A DNA stretch of 63,751 bases, filler included, from Reticulomyxa filosa (Eukaryota > Protista > Foraminifera): the NCBI GenBank assembly GCA_000512085.1. It is 21 parts of 21 records of this genome, joined end to end, with 100 filler letters (N's around TTAATTAATTAA, not from the genome) between each part and the next. Parts side by side here need not be neighbours in the genome. Positions count along the whole stretch, not along the records: positions 1 to 5,475 come from ASPP01018438.1; positions 5,576 to 6,634 come from ASPP01012394.1; positions 6,735 to 9,666 come from ASPP01028953.1; positions 9,767 to 11,965 come from ASPP01001813.1; positions 12,066 to 15,762 come from ASPP01004253.1; 16 more parts are not named here. One strand, written 5' to 3'. Positions 1 to 12,879 of the stretch are shown piece by piece; the stretch's first letter is position 1, and every line of letters begins with the position of its first letter. The notes below the pieces were generated by a model. The model saw nothing but the letters and a program-made list of their open reading frames with translations, did no database searches and was not told where the DNA came from. The translations under genes and the position numbers were made by a program.

Positions 1-97
1 TTTTTTTTTTTTGTGCATGTGCTCTATCGTTTCCTCCTTTTTTTTTTTTTTTTTTCGCTTCTTCGCGGCTGACTCATTACAAAAATTGTTTGAACAG

Positions 98-1144
98 AAA
101 GTGCACTGGAAGAACTAAGCGATCTGGTTGGCGAAAGCAATGGGAACAACAACGGGAAGGACGATGAGCTAATCCAATCCATTGGAGGAAAAAGTCTTAA
201 GACCTTTGCTCTCATTGGGAAATCCAAAACAACTGATTTCGATCAAAACAAATTACATGCAAAATCCAACAACAACGATATTAGTGTTGTGCAAAGGTCA
301 ATGACCGATGGCGCTGCGCTTTCTCCCCAAACCAGCCCCTCTCCATCCCAAACCGAAAACGAGTCCGAAAAAGATCCCAAGACATTGGAACTCAATCGGG
401 GATACTACAAACAGTTAACTAAATCATTGTTTTGCTTTTCAAAGATAAACCTCATTTGCTGCAAATATATGACATTAGTATTAATATACATGTATTTGTA
501 TATACATACATATGTGTATATATATACAAATACATGTATATTAATACTAATGTTTATGTCTAATGCTAATGTTACATATTTGTTTTTTTGGATTGTATTC
601 GAACATCAATCTACAATCTTGTTTCTATCTCTTTTATTTGAACGACAGACTTCAAAAGAACGTGAAACCAAAAACTGGCTCTGATAATCCGTTTAATCAC
701 CGATTGAAAAAAAATTCAACGCGCTTAGTGCTGCAGCAAATGGAGACGATCCAACAAGAGCAGGCCAAGTTACCCGTCTTGGAGGCCTTTTTGGAAAAGA
801 AACAACCTCGTGCCCCTTATTCCTGGCAGAAACGATGGGTCGTTGTTAAACATGGTCATATGTTGTGGAGCGACAAACAACGAGATATTGTGGATGCCAG
901 CAATTCCCAAGAGCGGAATAAATTTAATGGGCAAGTCTCTATCATGCACATTGTTGAGTGGGGGCCTATTGAAACCAGAAGTAACAACAAATTCTATTTG
1001 ATTGCCAATACTGACAAGGCTCAAAAAAGAAGATTCGAATTTAAGGCTGTCAGTGAACAAGATAGAGATTTTTGGTTGAAAGGCATTCAGGCCCACATCA
1101 ATCATGAAAAAAAAATGATCCAATATTTAGAGCAAAATTCCTGA
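98..1144 (+). CDS. PH-domain protein, 5'-partial, last two exons
   Basis: Exons 98-413 and 649-1144; the phase-2 GT-AG intron 414-648 splices in frame. PH motifs: LEAFLEKKQ..WQKRWVVV and FEFKAVSEQDRDFWLKGI. Confidence 0.85.
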
Positions 1145-1589
1145 AATTAATATTTTTTTTTTTTTGCATTAGGAAATTAGGTCACTTTTTGTTTGTTTTT
1201 TTTTCTCCCAGGATTATATTCTTTGGTTTTGGTTTTTTTTTTTGTTTGTCTCTTTGATACTGCTTTTTTGATGATGCAACATATTTTGATACCAGCAAAA
1301 ATCCTTACATCATCAATCAGCCTTTCCTGGAAAGACTTTCATCGGTGCAAGCAACTGCAATTCAATTTGACTGCCGTTTTGAAGACATTTTGTTCTGAAA
1401 ACTATTCAAACCGGCATAAAAAAAAATAACAACAACATTGAAAATTTTTTGTGCCAAATTTCCTAATTTTTTAGTTCCATTGTGGTAATGTTTAGTGCAA
1501 ATCCTTGGAAACGTTTGTGAAATGAAACGTTCCAAGGATAACTTTTTTGGAAATTTTCGCGCATAAAGGCAATTCCTCTGCAAAGAAGA

Positions 1590-2819
1590 ATGTCAACAAC
1601 AACAATGGAGATCATTGAACGCCCTTTCTTAATTCGATTTTTCCACTCATTGTCGAGACGCTCTGGAATTCTCTTAGTTCACAGCAATTTTTTTTGTGTA
1701 CTTGCCAACATCTTCACAATCAATTTTTCTGTATATAGGATCAATCAACTCCACATTCCGTTTTACGGTGGTTGCTTTTTGTTGCATTAATTGCCTTGTA
1801 CGCAGTCAGAGTTTATTTCTTGCAAGTTATTCCACCGACACACATTAGCTTATTTATGTGTTTCTTTTTCTCTAACTTTCAAAAAAGGGACAAAAAAGGG
1901 GGAGAAGGGAGAAGAGAAGTCAAAGCGGGTTTATAAAAAAAAGGGGCCACTCCTCATATGAGCACGTCCAACAGTAATACAAATGAACAAATGCAAACAC
2001 GACAATAGGGATTTTATATAGTCACGTATGGTCTAGGAATATACCTATTAAATTTATTCATAGGTTTTTTACAACCACAAGATGAATTAAGCATCGAAGA
2101 GCAGCATTTACCAGTAACGGAAAAAGATGAATTTCGACCCTTTCGAAGACGAGTTCCAGAATTTCGATTCTGGTTTGTTTTGTTTTTGCCAATTTCTCGT
2201 TTTCAACCCTTTCCAATCGATCCATTCTTTTTTTTTTTTTGTCGTCTTTGCGCTTTTTGAAGTGTGTGAGCAAAAAAAAAAAAAAAATTGGAAACGCCAT
2301 AAACTCACAAGTGATCCAAAAAAAGTTAAAAACCAATGGAGTCACAAAAAAAAATTGCAACAATAATGTAGGTTAAGCGCAAGCAAAGCAGTATGCGTGT
2401 CAATGTTGATGACCTTTTTTAGTGTATTTGACATTCCAGTATTTTGGCCAATTTTGTTGCTCTATTTCTTTGTCTTATTTGCAATTACCATGAAGAGACA
2501 GATCAGGTTATACTTTTTCTTCCAAAAAATAGCATAAAACATCCGAAACGTACGCAAAAAAAAAAAAAAAAAAATAACAACAAAAAACTATGTGGGGTGT
2601 AATGTGACGTGTATTCCACACGATACTTGGACTGTGAATGCTTGCAGACACATGATCGAGCACAGATATATCCCATGTTCATGGGGAAAGAAAAAATATA
2701 CTCAAGAAAAAACAATCAAAAAGCAGGAACCAGTAGCGCCTATGCCTAAAGTTAGACCTCCGATACGGTCCATGCCTTTGCAAGGAGCACAAACATTGAA
2801 GAAAGTCAACCGTGATTAA
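1590..2819 (+). CDS. RER1: RER1 Golgi-to-ER retrieval receptor, 5 exons, 214 aa
   Basis: Exons 1590-1676, 1739-1825, 2009-2172, 2372-2506 and 2648-2819 join in frame. Motifs: [81 protein letters not shown]. Largely missed by the ORF track. Confidence 0.95.
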
Positions 2820-3465
2820 ATGTGAAAAAGTGATGACAATTTAAACATAAAACCAAAAAAAACAAATTAAGGAACAAAAAATTGAGATCAAACCACTCCT
2901 TTCATCATGGGAGTTTTCTTTTTTGTTGACTGAAAAAAATTATTGAAGAAATGGCCCGCAACAGCGCAGATTGTCCTTGAGTGTGCATTTGCTTCGCTTG
3001 TTGCTTTCCTTCATTTACACCTTTTCCTTTCAAAATCAGAAACTAAAAAGCATAATCTCTGTTTTTATTTGTAAGTAAGCCTTAGAAAATATGACAAGAA
3101 TCTAATATTATCAAACACGGCTATTGTTATCGTAATCCGAGACTTAATGGCATTTTCTCATGGAACTGAAAAACTAGGATCGTTTCTTATAACCTTGAAA
3201 AACTTGAAAAGGAAATGTGTAATTTCTATATTTGCGAAAAAAAGTATTCATCAATACACGCCAGAGGCTAAAAAATATTTAAATTTTTGTGTTATATGCT
3301 TTCTTTGAAGTATGAAAATCTTCCCTAATAAAAAGTGAGAAAGAATTGCTTATACTCTTTTAAAAGTTTAAAAGAATTTGAATTTAATCAAGGGGAATAA
3401 CTACTCATTTTGACTTATCATCAAAACATCAAAATCATTTTTTGTGGAATTTGATTATCATTGAG

Positions 3466-4944
3466 ATGTCAACAAAAAGACAAAAGAGCCAGAATCTCGC
3501 AATAGCGAAATGTAAATTGGTAGGACTTCCGAAAGTGTCTTAAAAGCAAAAACAGTACTATAGCAACAAAAAAACCGAACAAAATACACAGCAAATTGCG
3601 ATGATGAAGCATCTTCACGATTTTACCGACAAAGTGTTGACTTCTCAATCGGAATATTTAGAACAGATAGGGAAGAAACGAGTAAATGCGCATAAAAAAA
3701 CTGAAGACAATAACGAATCAGAGTATAGTGATGAAAATGCAACAAGTGGCAAAGAATCATCAGAAGAATCATCATCAGAAGAATCATCATCAGAAGAATC
3801 ATCATCAAAAGAATCACAAACTATTTCCAAGAAAAAACACCGCGCGGAATCGACCAAAAGTTTAATTTGAAAGACGACACACACATACACAAAAAAAAAA
3901 AAAAAAAGGAAAAAAAAAAAGTAAATATTAAATATATTAACGCAAGGATTGTGTTTTTGTTTTGTTTAAAAAAAAAATGGAAAAAATGAAATAAAAATGT
4001 AAAAAAAAGCCAAAAAATCCAAACAAAAATTGAAGAAAAAAAAGGAATGAAAAAACGGGCATGGGAAGACGAAGCAGCAGATAATGGATCGCCACAAAGA
4101 GGCAGTGAAGAGATTAGCACGGAGAAAGACAACAATCAATCGGATGAAAATGGAGTAGAAAATTCGTCATCACAGACAGAACCTGAAGAGTCGATGAGCA
4201 CTGTGGATGAACATCCCATCACGGTCACAACAACAACAAGTGAGAAAAAAAGGAACAAAAAACGAAAGGAGGTGACTGATAACAGACAGGCGAGTATTGA
4301 TTATGATAACAATGATTTAAGTAGTAAGGAGGACACTACAAGAAATGAAGACGATGTAACACTAACTTGGAACATTGAACCGACAAAGACGAGGTCGAAA
4401 CGTCGCTCACACTCCTCGAAGAATGAAGCGACGGATCTCGGAGCCAATGCTGGCGAGGAGAAGCAAAAGGCAAGCAGAAAACGCTCTTTCAGTACTTTGA
4501 CTGCCGAAAATAATGATACGCTGTCTGCTCCATTGCATATTGGAAACCTTCGCTCGTCTACTACTCAAAGTGGGACTGATTCGAAGAAACAAAAAAACAA
4601 AGAAGTGGACGTGATCAAGAAAAAAATAAATTTGGATTTGAAGGTGGTGTTGTTTGTTTCCGTTGGATTTTCTCTTACACACGGACATGTTTTGAAATGC
4701 CACAGTAGATGATATCAAGACAAACAATGAAAAAGACTCACGACCACTCAAACAAGAGCAAGAACAAAAAAACGAAAAAATTCATAAAAAAAACGTAAGT
4801 GAAACGACAATTGTCGAAGAGGAACAGTATGACAAAGAAAATGAATTTGATAGCGTTGAAATTGATCGTTCTTTGGGTGACGATTTGTACGACGAATATG
4901 ATCTCTTGGCTCAAAAAAACGAAACTAAGAAAAAGTTATTTTAA
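3466..4944 (+). CDS. Hypothetical low-complexity charged (S/E/K-rich) protein, multi-exon
   Basis: ATG at 3466; in-frame intron 3535-3591; coding-like ORFs 3601-3870 and 4047-4712; last exon ends in TAA at 4942-4944. Some exon boundaries are uncertain and no domain was recognised. Confidence 0.55.
3754..3813 (+). repeat. Coding tandem repeat, 15-bp unit GAATCATCATCAGAA (ESSSE)
   Basis: About 4 copies visible within the exon. Confidence 0.8.
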
Positions 4945-5475
4945 AAATTAATTGAGGCCTTACCTGTTCATTCGATTTTTTCTTTCAGATGTTGAAACTT
5001 ATTACAATTAATGTGAATCTATTCAGTAAATCACTTTTTTCCTCATATTTAACTTTTAAAACCTCATTAACTTAACAAATTGCAAAGGAAAACTCATAGA
5101 TTGAAATGTTCTCAATAAAAACTTCGGATTACTTCAGTGAAACTCTAAAGGATATGAGTTTACCTACCTCCTGATAAGAGATATGAAAATCTTCATACTT
5201 TAAAAAAATATTCGTCTTAAATAAACTAAGACTAAGAAAACCACAGCTAAACCTGAAAATATTTGCAATACACGCATGATACAGTGTTGTTTTTGAATTT
5301 TATTTTGTTGGGCCTTAAGTAACAGTACAAACAAGGATTAGACGATAAGGACGTGGTTAAAAACGAGCTGGGGGCGTTAGAGTGTTACTAGTAACTTTTT
5401 GTTTTTAAGTTTGTAACGTCATCTAAAAAAAAAAGCAAAGGCAAAAGCAAAAAAAAAAGAGAAATGGCTGAAGAG

Positions 5476-5575
5476 NNNNNNNNNNNNNNNNNNNNNNNNN
5501 NNNNNNNNNNNNNNNNNNNTTAATTAATTAANNNNNNNNNNNNNNNNNNNNNNNNNNNNNNNNNNNNNNNNNNNN
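5476..5575. other. Artificial contig linker (first of 20)
   Basis: 100-nt N-run/TTAATTAATTAA/N-run spacer with stops in all frames. Identical linkers start at 5476, 6635, 9667, 11966, 15763, 17615, 19131, 25265, 27336, 28482, 42031, 44040, 47567, 48868, 49972, 51208, 56378, 57766, 58883 and 61598. Many contigs end in homopolymer runs. Confidence 0.98.
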
Positions 5576-5594
5576 AAAAAAAAAAAAAAAAAAG

Positions 5595-5761
5595 GTGTCT
5601 GAACAAGAATTTACGCCATATAGTGACGTGGAAGAGTGCAAGCTGGAAGAATTTAGCCAGAATACGTCATGGGGAAAAACATGTGTGATCAACTATACCA
5701 TTGAGCATGATTTTGATCCTCCGATTTATTTTTATTACAAACTTACAAACTTTTATCAAGT

Positions 5762-5793
<32 letters not shown>

Positions 5794-6540
5794 ACTTTGT
5801 TGTTTATGTTAACAGATAAGCAAATGTTAAAAAATGTACTTTGCATATATGTATATACATAATAAAAAAAAAAAAAAAAAAAAACTAAGAATCACAGAAG
5901 GTATATCCCGTCACGGTCGGACAAGCAATTGACAGGGAAGCATCCCTCGAAAATAGCTGATTGCAGTCCAATCCAACGATATAATAACCGCAAGGTCGTC
6001 CCTTGTGGCCTTATCGCTTACTCTTTTTTCAATGGTACGTTTCACTTTATCATTTTTGCTCTCACTCCAAAAATTAAAAGATTTTGTTTAAGGTGCAAGA
6101 TTTTTATTTATTTATTTATATGCATGTATATGTACATATATACATATATATGTGTATATATGTATATAATAGATAAATTCAATGTGACCCATATTGATCG
6201 TGACACACATGAAGTGATACAATTGTGCCCCGCTACAGCGGCGTCGTGCAGTGGCGATGAACGAATATTGAATTGGAGTGACGCGAGTTGGTATTACAAC
6301 GGAACTTGGGAAAAAAAGGATATCGCGTGGCCGAGCGACAAACATAACAAGTTTGGACCGACAAAGATGAAAAGTGGACTAACCAATCGTGCCGAATTGC
6401 AAACGTGGCAAAATGTTACATTGCCAAATACCGATGACGATGACCTCATTGTTTGGATGCGAACTGCTGCTGGCTCTGAATTTACTAAACTGTACCGCAT
6501 TAATCATCAGCTGAAATTCAAAAAAGGAGATACACTTATG
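5595..6540 (+). CDS. CDC50: CDC50/LEM3/ALIS P4-ATPase flippase beta subunit, partial
   Basis: Exons 5595-5759, 5890-6034 and 6173-6540. Motifs: PPIYFYYKLTNFYQ|NHRRY..SRSDKQL, PCGLIAYSFFN|D, KDIAWPSD, LIVWMRTAA..F.KLYRI. Confidence 0.93.
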
Positions 6541-6542
6541 GT

Positions 6543-6573
<31 letters not shown>

Positions 6574-6738
6574 GCACATGTATATATATATTTTTTTTTT
6601 AATATAACTCCAATTGCTTGTGATAATATGAATTNNNNNNNNNNNNNNNNNNNNNNNNNNNNNNNNNNNNNNNNNNNNTTAATTAATTAANNNNNNNNNN
6701 NNNNNNNNNNNNNNNNNNNNNNNNNNNNNNNNNNTTGC

Positions 6739-8760
6739 TGGAGAAAATTTTACATGAAAGAAAAAAATTAAAAAATGACCCACAATCTTAAATATTCGTG
6801 AATATTCCTTTGTCACTTTTCTGTACAAAATAGTTGCTGTGAAAGACTTATTATTGTTGTTTTCTTATCATTTCTTTTCTTTGTTTTCATAAGTCATCAA
6901 ATAAAAAAAGGGAAAAAAGTTTCTTTTTGAAAACTATCACCAATTTTTTGATAAATTGTGAATTTTACGTATTTATTGTTTGTGCAAATCTTAAACGCAA
7001 AAACATGATTCCTATTGTTAAATATTAGTATTGACCATATAAAATGTAAATATTTGCACGATTGATATTTTTCACTTCATCCAACTGAGGAACAGTCTTC
7101 TTTAGTTCAATAACAGATTAAAAACAGCAATCACTATATGAGATAACAAAAAAAAATTGAAACGTTTGGCCTAATAAAATTAATTTTTTATCTTGATCCC
7201 TTTTTCCTCTTTTTCCATCAAAAGTGAGAAAAGAAAATCGAGATTGTTACATCCCATTGAAAATGTTTAAAACAAAAACGTTTTCATCAAAGACATAAAA
7301 AAAACTTGAAAAAATATGTTACAATTATTGTAAATGTCATAAAATGATTTTTTCTTTGTCATTGTTTGTGATCTTTGAACAATTTATCAAATTCATTTAT
7401 CATTCATTACCAAAATTGTGTTTTGTAAATTTTATGAGAGGCATTTTATTGTTGTAAAAACACATATGGCAGAACTTCAATTCACAAATCTCTGTGTCGT
7501 TTTTTTGTTGTTTCAATTCAAGACCAATCAGAGCCCTTTTTTTTTTGTAAAGTATCAAACAAAAAGAGTTTTTTTGTCGTGAAGAATAATTGCGAACATG
7601 TTTTTCTTTTCCAAAAAAAAATCCTCGAAAACGTTTTTTGTGCAAAAAAAAACTTAAAAAAATTTTCTATATTCAAAAACTTTTTATGTTAATTATTTTG
7701 TTGAAAAGACAAAAACAAGACAAATATTCCCAGACAACATTTGAAGAAAAAACTATTCGAAGTTATGGTGATAATTTTTTGATCATTTGGAAACTGTAAA
7801 ATGATCAATGCATAAATGTTATATAATGTTCAATTTCATTCAAAATATCAAATAACTCTTTCTGAAGGAACAATGAAAAATTTTTGTATTTTTTTCTTTT
7901 CAAAGACGCTGAAGTTTTTTTTTTTACAAGAAGAAATATGATTATTCCTAGAAGTTTCCGAAAATTTTTATCAACAAGAATCAAAAACATTGTTTGATGT
8001 CGATTATTGTCTTTCTTTTCTTGAGCAGCAATTGTCATGTTTTGCATTTGTGATTAGTGTGACTCGAAAAAAAAATGCATCATCTTTGGAAATGTAGTAG
8101 CAACGTAGGAAAACGGTTTTTTGCTGTTACTACTTGGCACTACACAAACAAGTTTTTCCCAAAAAAAAAACAATAGGATGACTAGTCATGAAGTTTAATG
8201 GTTTCGTTGTGCCTTTTAAGTAAGTTTGTCTTCAAAGTAGTTTTTTTGAGAGATATGACCCCAATTTTAATCAAAAATGTTTCAACGCATCAATTATATT
8301 CACAATTGTTAAACAAAATTATTTCATGATACTTGCCCCAATTTTTTTGTCAGTTTGTCCAAAAAAATATAAAAAATGTTAACAGAAGATTCGGCAAAAA
8401 GGATCTGGCCAAATTTTGTTTATATCCATTATACTATTTTTTTATACGCAATGTTGCTATTTGTGCTTTTTTTTTGTCATCTTACATAATGATTCCAATT
8501 TTGAAACCCAGAAATTTCATTGTTTTTTATTTGTGGCAGTTTTCAAAATGGAACTTTTTTCCCTTTTTTTATTGGACGACGTATGCATTTACATGAAAAT
8601 AAGTTTAAAAATGGTGATAATATTACAATAATCAGGCATTGTATCAAATTTTACATCATCTATTTTTTAAAAAGTAACAAAGTGAATTATCTTTGATGTT
8701 TACGAATATTTAAAATTGTGGGTCATTTTTTAATTTGTTGTTTTGCAATCTGATTCTCCA
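6739..8760. mobile_element. ~2-kb segment bounded by ~200-bp degenerate inverted repeats; possible non-autonomous TIR/foldback element
   Basis: 6739-6945 matches the reverse complement of ~8530-8760, e.g. AAATTAAAAAATGACCCACAAT(C/T)TTAAATATTCGT and AATAAAAAAAGGGAAAAAAGTT..TTTTGAAAACT. No transposase seen. Confidence 0.5.
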
Positions 8761-9766
8761 TTATGTTAAGTATACACTCGAGTTCGTACCAGACGTAAAA
8801 GATTGTCAACATGCACGCTGATACGGACAAATTGCAAACATATTTTCCACAAAGATTTTATTTCAAAGCATTAAAATAGTAATACATTATTCTGAATAAT
8901 GCGTTAACACCAAAAACGTAGCAATGCAATGAACAACGTATATGTAAACAATAAGCGAACAGTTTCGATTTACAAGTTCAACCAATCCATAGGAGGGAAA
9001 AAGATCCAATGAGTCCATTTGCAACAGTTTGTTAAAATCTTCAGAAAAATTACAGCTACTAGACTTTTTTCTTTGGTCGCAAAGCAAAAACGTACCTCTA
9101 AAATTAATACTTTTTTAACGCTTCAAACAACTTAAAAGTTCTAAAAAAACCTTTATTCTTTCACTTAAAAAAAAGTAATCAAACAATTTGGAGATAGCAT
9201 AAGATTTGTCAAATATCATGTAACCTATTGAAAATTTTTGAAAGAAAAGTAATAAATTGTGATCAGTTTTAAAAACTATTATTGCAATAAAATTTCATGC
9301 AGTTCTTGTAAGATATTGAGAATAAGAAGGGTCTGTAAAAGACGAAACGTATATTATCTCAATGTACAAAATGACAAAGCTTGTCTAATGTCTTGTCACA
9401 ATTGAAGCAATATCGCGCAAATTTTCGTCATCTGTGCTAATTTGTGCATTGTATATTCACAATACCAACACTAAACAATTGGATAATATGCATGCGCATT
9501 CAAGATGCGTGCAAATAATACAAATGACATCATATATGAGTAATAGCTTTGAAAATAAAAAAAATTGAACACATTACTTTAATTGATTTAATAAAATAAT
9601 TCAATAGTCATATGTTTGACGACTGAATAAATAAGGAAATATTTTCGAATTGAAAAATTATGATGANNNNNNNNNNNNNNNNNNNNNNNNNNNNNNNNNN
9701 NNNNNNNNNNTTAATTAATTAANNNNNNNNNNNNNNNNNNNNNNNNNNNNNNNNNNNNNNNNNNNN

Positions 9767-9904
9767 CTTTATTGCTTCTAAGACACTTTGTTCCTCAATC
9801 AATAATATTTGCGTCTCTTCGTCAAGATATTCGTCATACAAAAGGCCACTCTCATATATAAGGTCGCTATCATGCGGGCTAGACTTATATAAGCCCAATT
9901 CATT
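9767..9904 (-). CDS. Hypothetical protein N-terminal fragment
   Basis: ATG-initiated coding-like ORF MNELGLYKSSPHDSDLIYESG... running off the contig end. Confidence 0.3.
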
Positions 9905-11562
9905 CATTTTCAAGAGGGTTTTTACTTTCTAAAACAACAAAGCCAAAAGTTAAAAAAATTGGGGAACTAAACGTGAAAAAACACCAAAAAAAAGAGGGTC
10001 AACGTTTCTAATAATAATAAATTGCAGGTATGTATATATATAATGCTAAATATTCAAAATTATGAAAATCAATGATATAATTTTATAAATGAATTGACAC
10101 AAAGTAAATCAAAGAAATTGCAAATTGTTACCATAATTAAATGAAGAAAAACAATTATCTTATATCCAAGAAAATATCTTTGACAAATGAAGAACATATG
10201 TATTTAGTGCTGTATTTCAGTTTAAATAGAAAATGATATTTATTAATTCAATGTAAAAAAAATACTTAATTTTCGTGAAAATATTAAAAGAAAAATTTAG
10301 TTAGTTATAAACATATATTAAATTAAAATAATTGTTTTCTTTGTTTTTTTTTTTAAAAATTGACATCAATTATTACTTTATCTTTAATGTCTACTTTAAG
10401 CATACGCAAATTCTTTATATATCATACACAAATGGTTTTATCAGAACAAATTTTATATCAATTATATTTAAAAATAAATAAATAAAAAGTAAAAATAAAA
10501 CTTAATTAGATTTTAGTTTCTTTTTTCATATAGTTAACTATTAAAAAATGTCCTTTTAAATTTAAAATTAAATTATTATGCAAATCGTTTTCGCTGCATG
10601 TATGCTTACATCCAAAAGATTTGCACTAGCAACTGACTAAATTTAGATCATTAATTGAATATACATTTAAATTTACTAATTGTCGTTTGATTGATCAGTC
10701 ATTTTGATCTAGACTAAATAATATAACTTGAAGTTTTTTTAAATTTAAAAAAAATTGAAGTTATTATTGTTTTCAATAAAAAAAAAATTTTGTCGTACAA
10801 ATCTTTCTTTTATTTTTTTCTAATTGAAGTTTTATTTGACTACATCTTAAGTAGTTAATAATCACAATAATTATTGTCGCGTATTTGGAAAATTTTTTTT
10901 TTTTTAGACATTGTTTCACCGTTAGGACATTATAATGACAATCGTTAAAAAACAATAATATCATTCATTCATATTCTCGTTCACACAGATCCATTTTTTA
11001 GTGTCTTTCTCTTTCTTTTTAGTCATTGATGTACTTCATCACATTTCAATTTCTTCGACATTAAAAATGTCAGTTCGATTTCTTCATCAATTGGATGCTA
11101 TTTGCTTGTAGCGCTTAATATGATTTTATCATGTTTATTGAATTTTTTTACAATACTTTTTTTATTAAACTAAAAAAAGAGTTTTTTTACAACAATATCC
11201 ATTTTAACTAAAACATAAACAATATCTTTTTTTTAATTAAAAAACTCAGCAACTCCACTTGTAATAATTGTTTTCCGAAATTAATTCAACAAATTGTTAT
11301 TGATTTTTTTTACATATCTTTAGTAAACAAAATAAAAAAAAGCATAAAAATAAATCAATCAAAAACTTCCAAAAAATTATCTTTTTTCAAATAACATTAT
11401 TTTGATTCTTACACGTTGTAGTAACTGTTCGAAAAATGTTTTGTAAAAAAGGAATAAATTTATTTTCTCTACAATAATTGAAACCAAAACGAGATGTTGA
11501 CGGTATGAATGAAAAAATCGTGCAAATGAAAAGAAAAAAAAAGAAATTTGTTTTCTGTTTAA

Positions 11563-11898
11563 ATGAATAACCACATTTTTGGACAGGTCAACGGCTCATC
11601 AGCAACAAAAACAGAGTTTTGTATTTTTGTTTTTCCGAGAAGGAAGTAACGAAACAACTCACCAGCCCTAAAACCGAAAAAAATGTTGGTATTTCGATTT
11701 TTTGTATTGAAAGAAAAAAACACAACAAAACGAAATGACAGTAAATACGTGGAAGTAGAAATAGAATCAGCGCAAAACTTGACAGATAAGGAGGCGTATG
11801 TAGTTGTCAAAGGTCCATACGATCAGCGAAGGACACCGCCACAAAAAGGTGACGATACAAGAACGACTTGGAAGTCTCGACTTCGTTTGCAATTAAAG
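11563..11898 (+). CDS. C2-domain protein, 3'-partial
   Basis: Exons 11563-11615 and 11742-11898 join in frame. YVEVEIESAQNL..EAYVVVK..RRT....TW resembles the start of a C2 domain. Confidence 0.6.
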
Positions 11899-12879
11899 GT
11901 GTGTAAGCAATTCTCTACTGTTCGCATTGTGTTTGAGTCCAACCTAACTTTTACAAAAAAAAAAANNNNNNNNNNNNNNNNNNNNNNNNNNNNNNNNNNN
12001 NNNNNNNNNTTAATTAATTAANNNNNNNNNNNNNNNNNNNNNNNNNNNNNNNNNNNNNNNNNNNNTAAGTAAGAGAATTAACGACGAAACTTTTTCAAGG
12101 AACGGGATATGATCAAAGACTTTTTTCTTTAAAAAAGAGACAGTTAGTCTTTATCAACAACACTTTCACACAGTTTTGCTTCACAGACGTTCAACCTAGC
12201 CGAAAGGACTGTGGGACTTTAAGTTTCAATTATGGAACAAAAAAAATTGAAATAATGTGACAGCAAATATAACCACTATTTAAGTCACTGGTTTATTAAA
12301 AGCCATTACATTGAATGCAATTTGATTCAGTTGCATTGCAATGAATGCATTAAACAACGTCCAAATATCGTAGGGGATACATTGGACATGTAACTGCTTC
12401 CAACTCAATGTGTGGAGAACACGTAAGGGGCTTGACAAGTGTTTAAAAAGGAACAGGTATTTTTACAATTCGAGTTTCCTTGGCAAATTCTTACAAACTT
12501 GAACTTAAGACAATACAACGGTTCTTTTTTTATTGCTTTTTTTTTTCAAATATTACTGATCGTTAATTGAATTTAAATAATTTAAATGTATGCTCCTACT
12601 CTTGAATTTTTTCATCAGGTTTATCTGATTAAATAATACTATTCTTCATATCAAGTCATTACAGTTTTAAATTTTCATAGTTTTTTTTAGAAAGATTTTA
12701 GCTCTAAACGATTATAAGTTCTAATTTTTTCTTTCATTCATTACTACATATGCTATCAATTATTTTATATTTTGTTGTCATTCGATCACAAATACGAGTA
12801 AACGGGTATAATTAATTAACTTTCAATCATTTTGAGATAGCTTAAGTTTATCCATTACTTCTCCTTTGCAAAAACAAAG

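Noticed and set aside
5464-5475. ATG GCT GAA GAG at the contig end as the start of the CDC50 gene in the next contig
   Set aside because: No evidence that the contigs are ordered; too short to assign.
5520-5531. Recurrent TTAATTAATTAA as a biological repeat or CRISPR-like array
   Set aside because: Always centred in a 100-nt N spacer, so it is an assembly linker. ORFs ending in X..LIN are artefacts.
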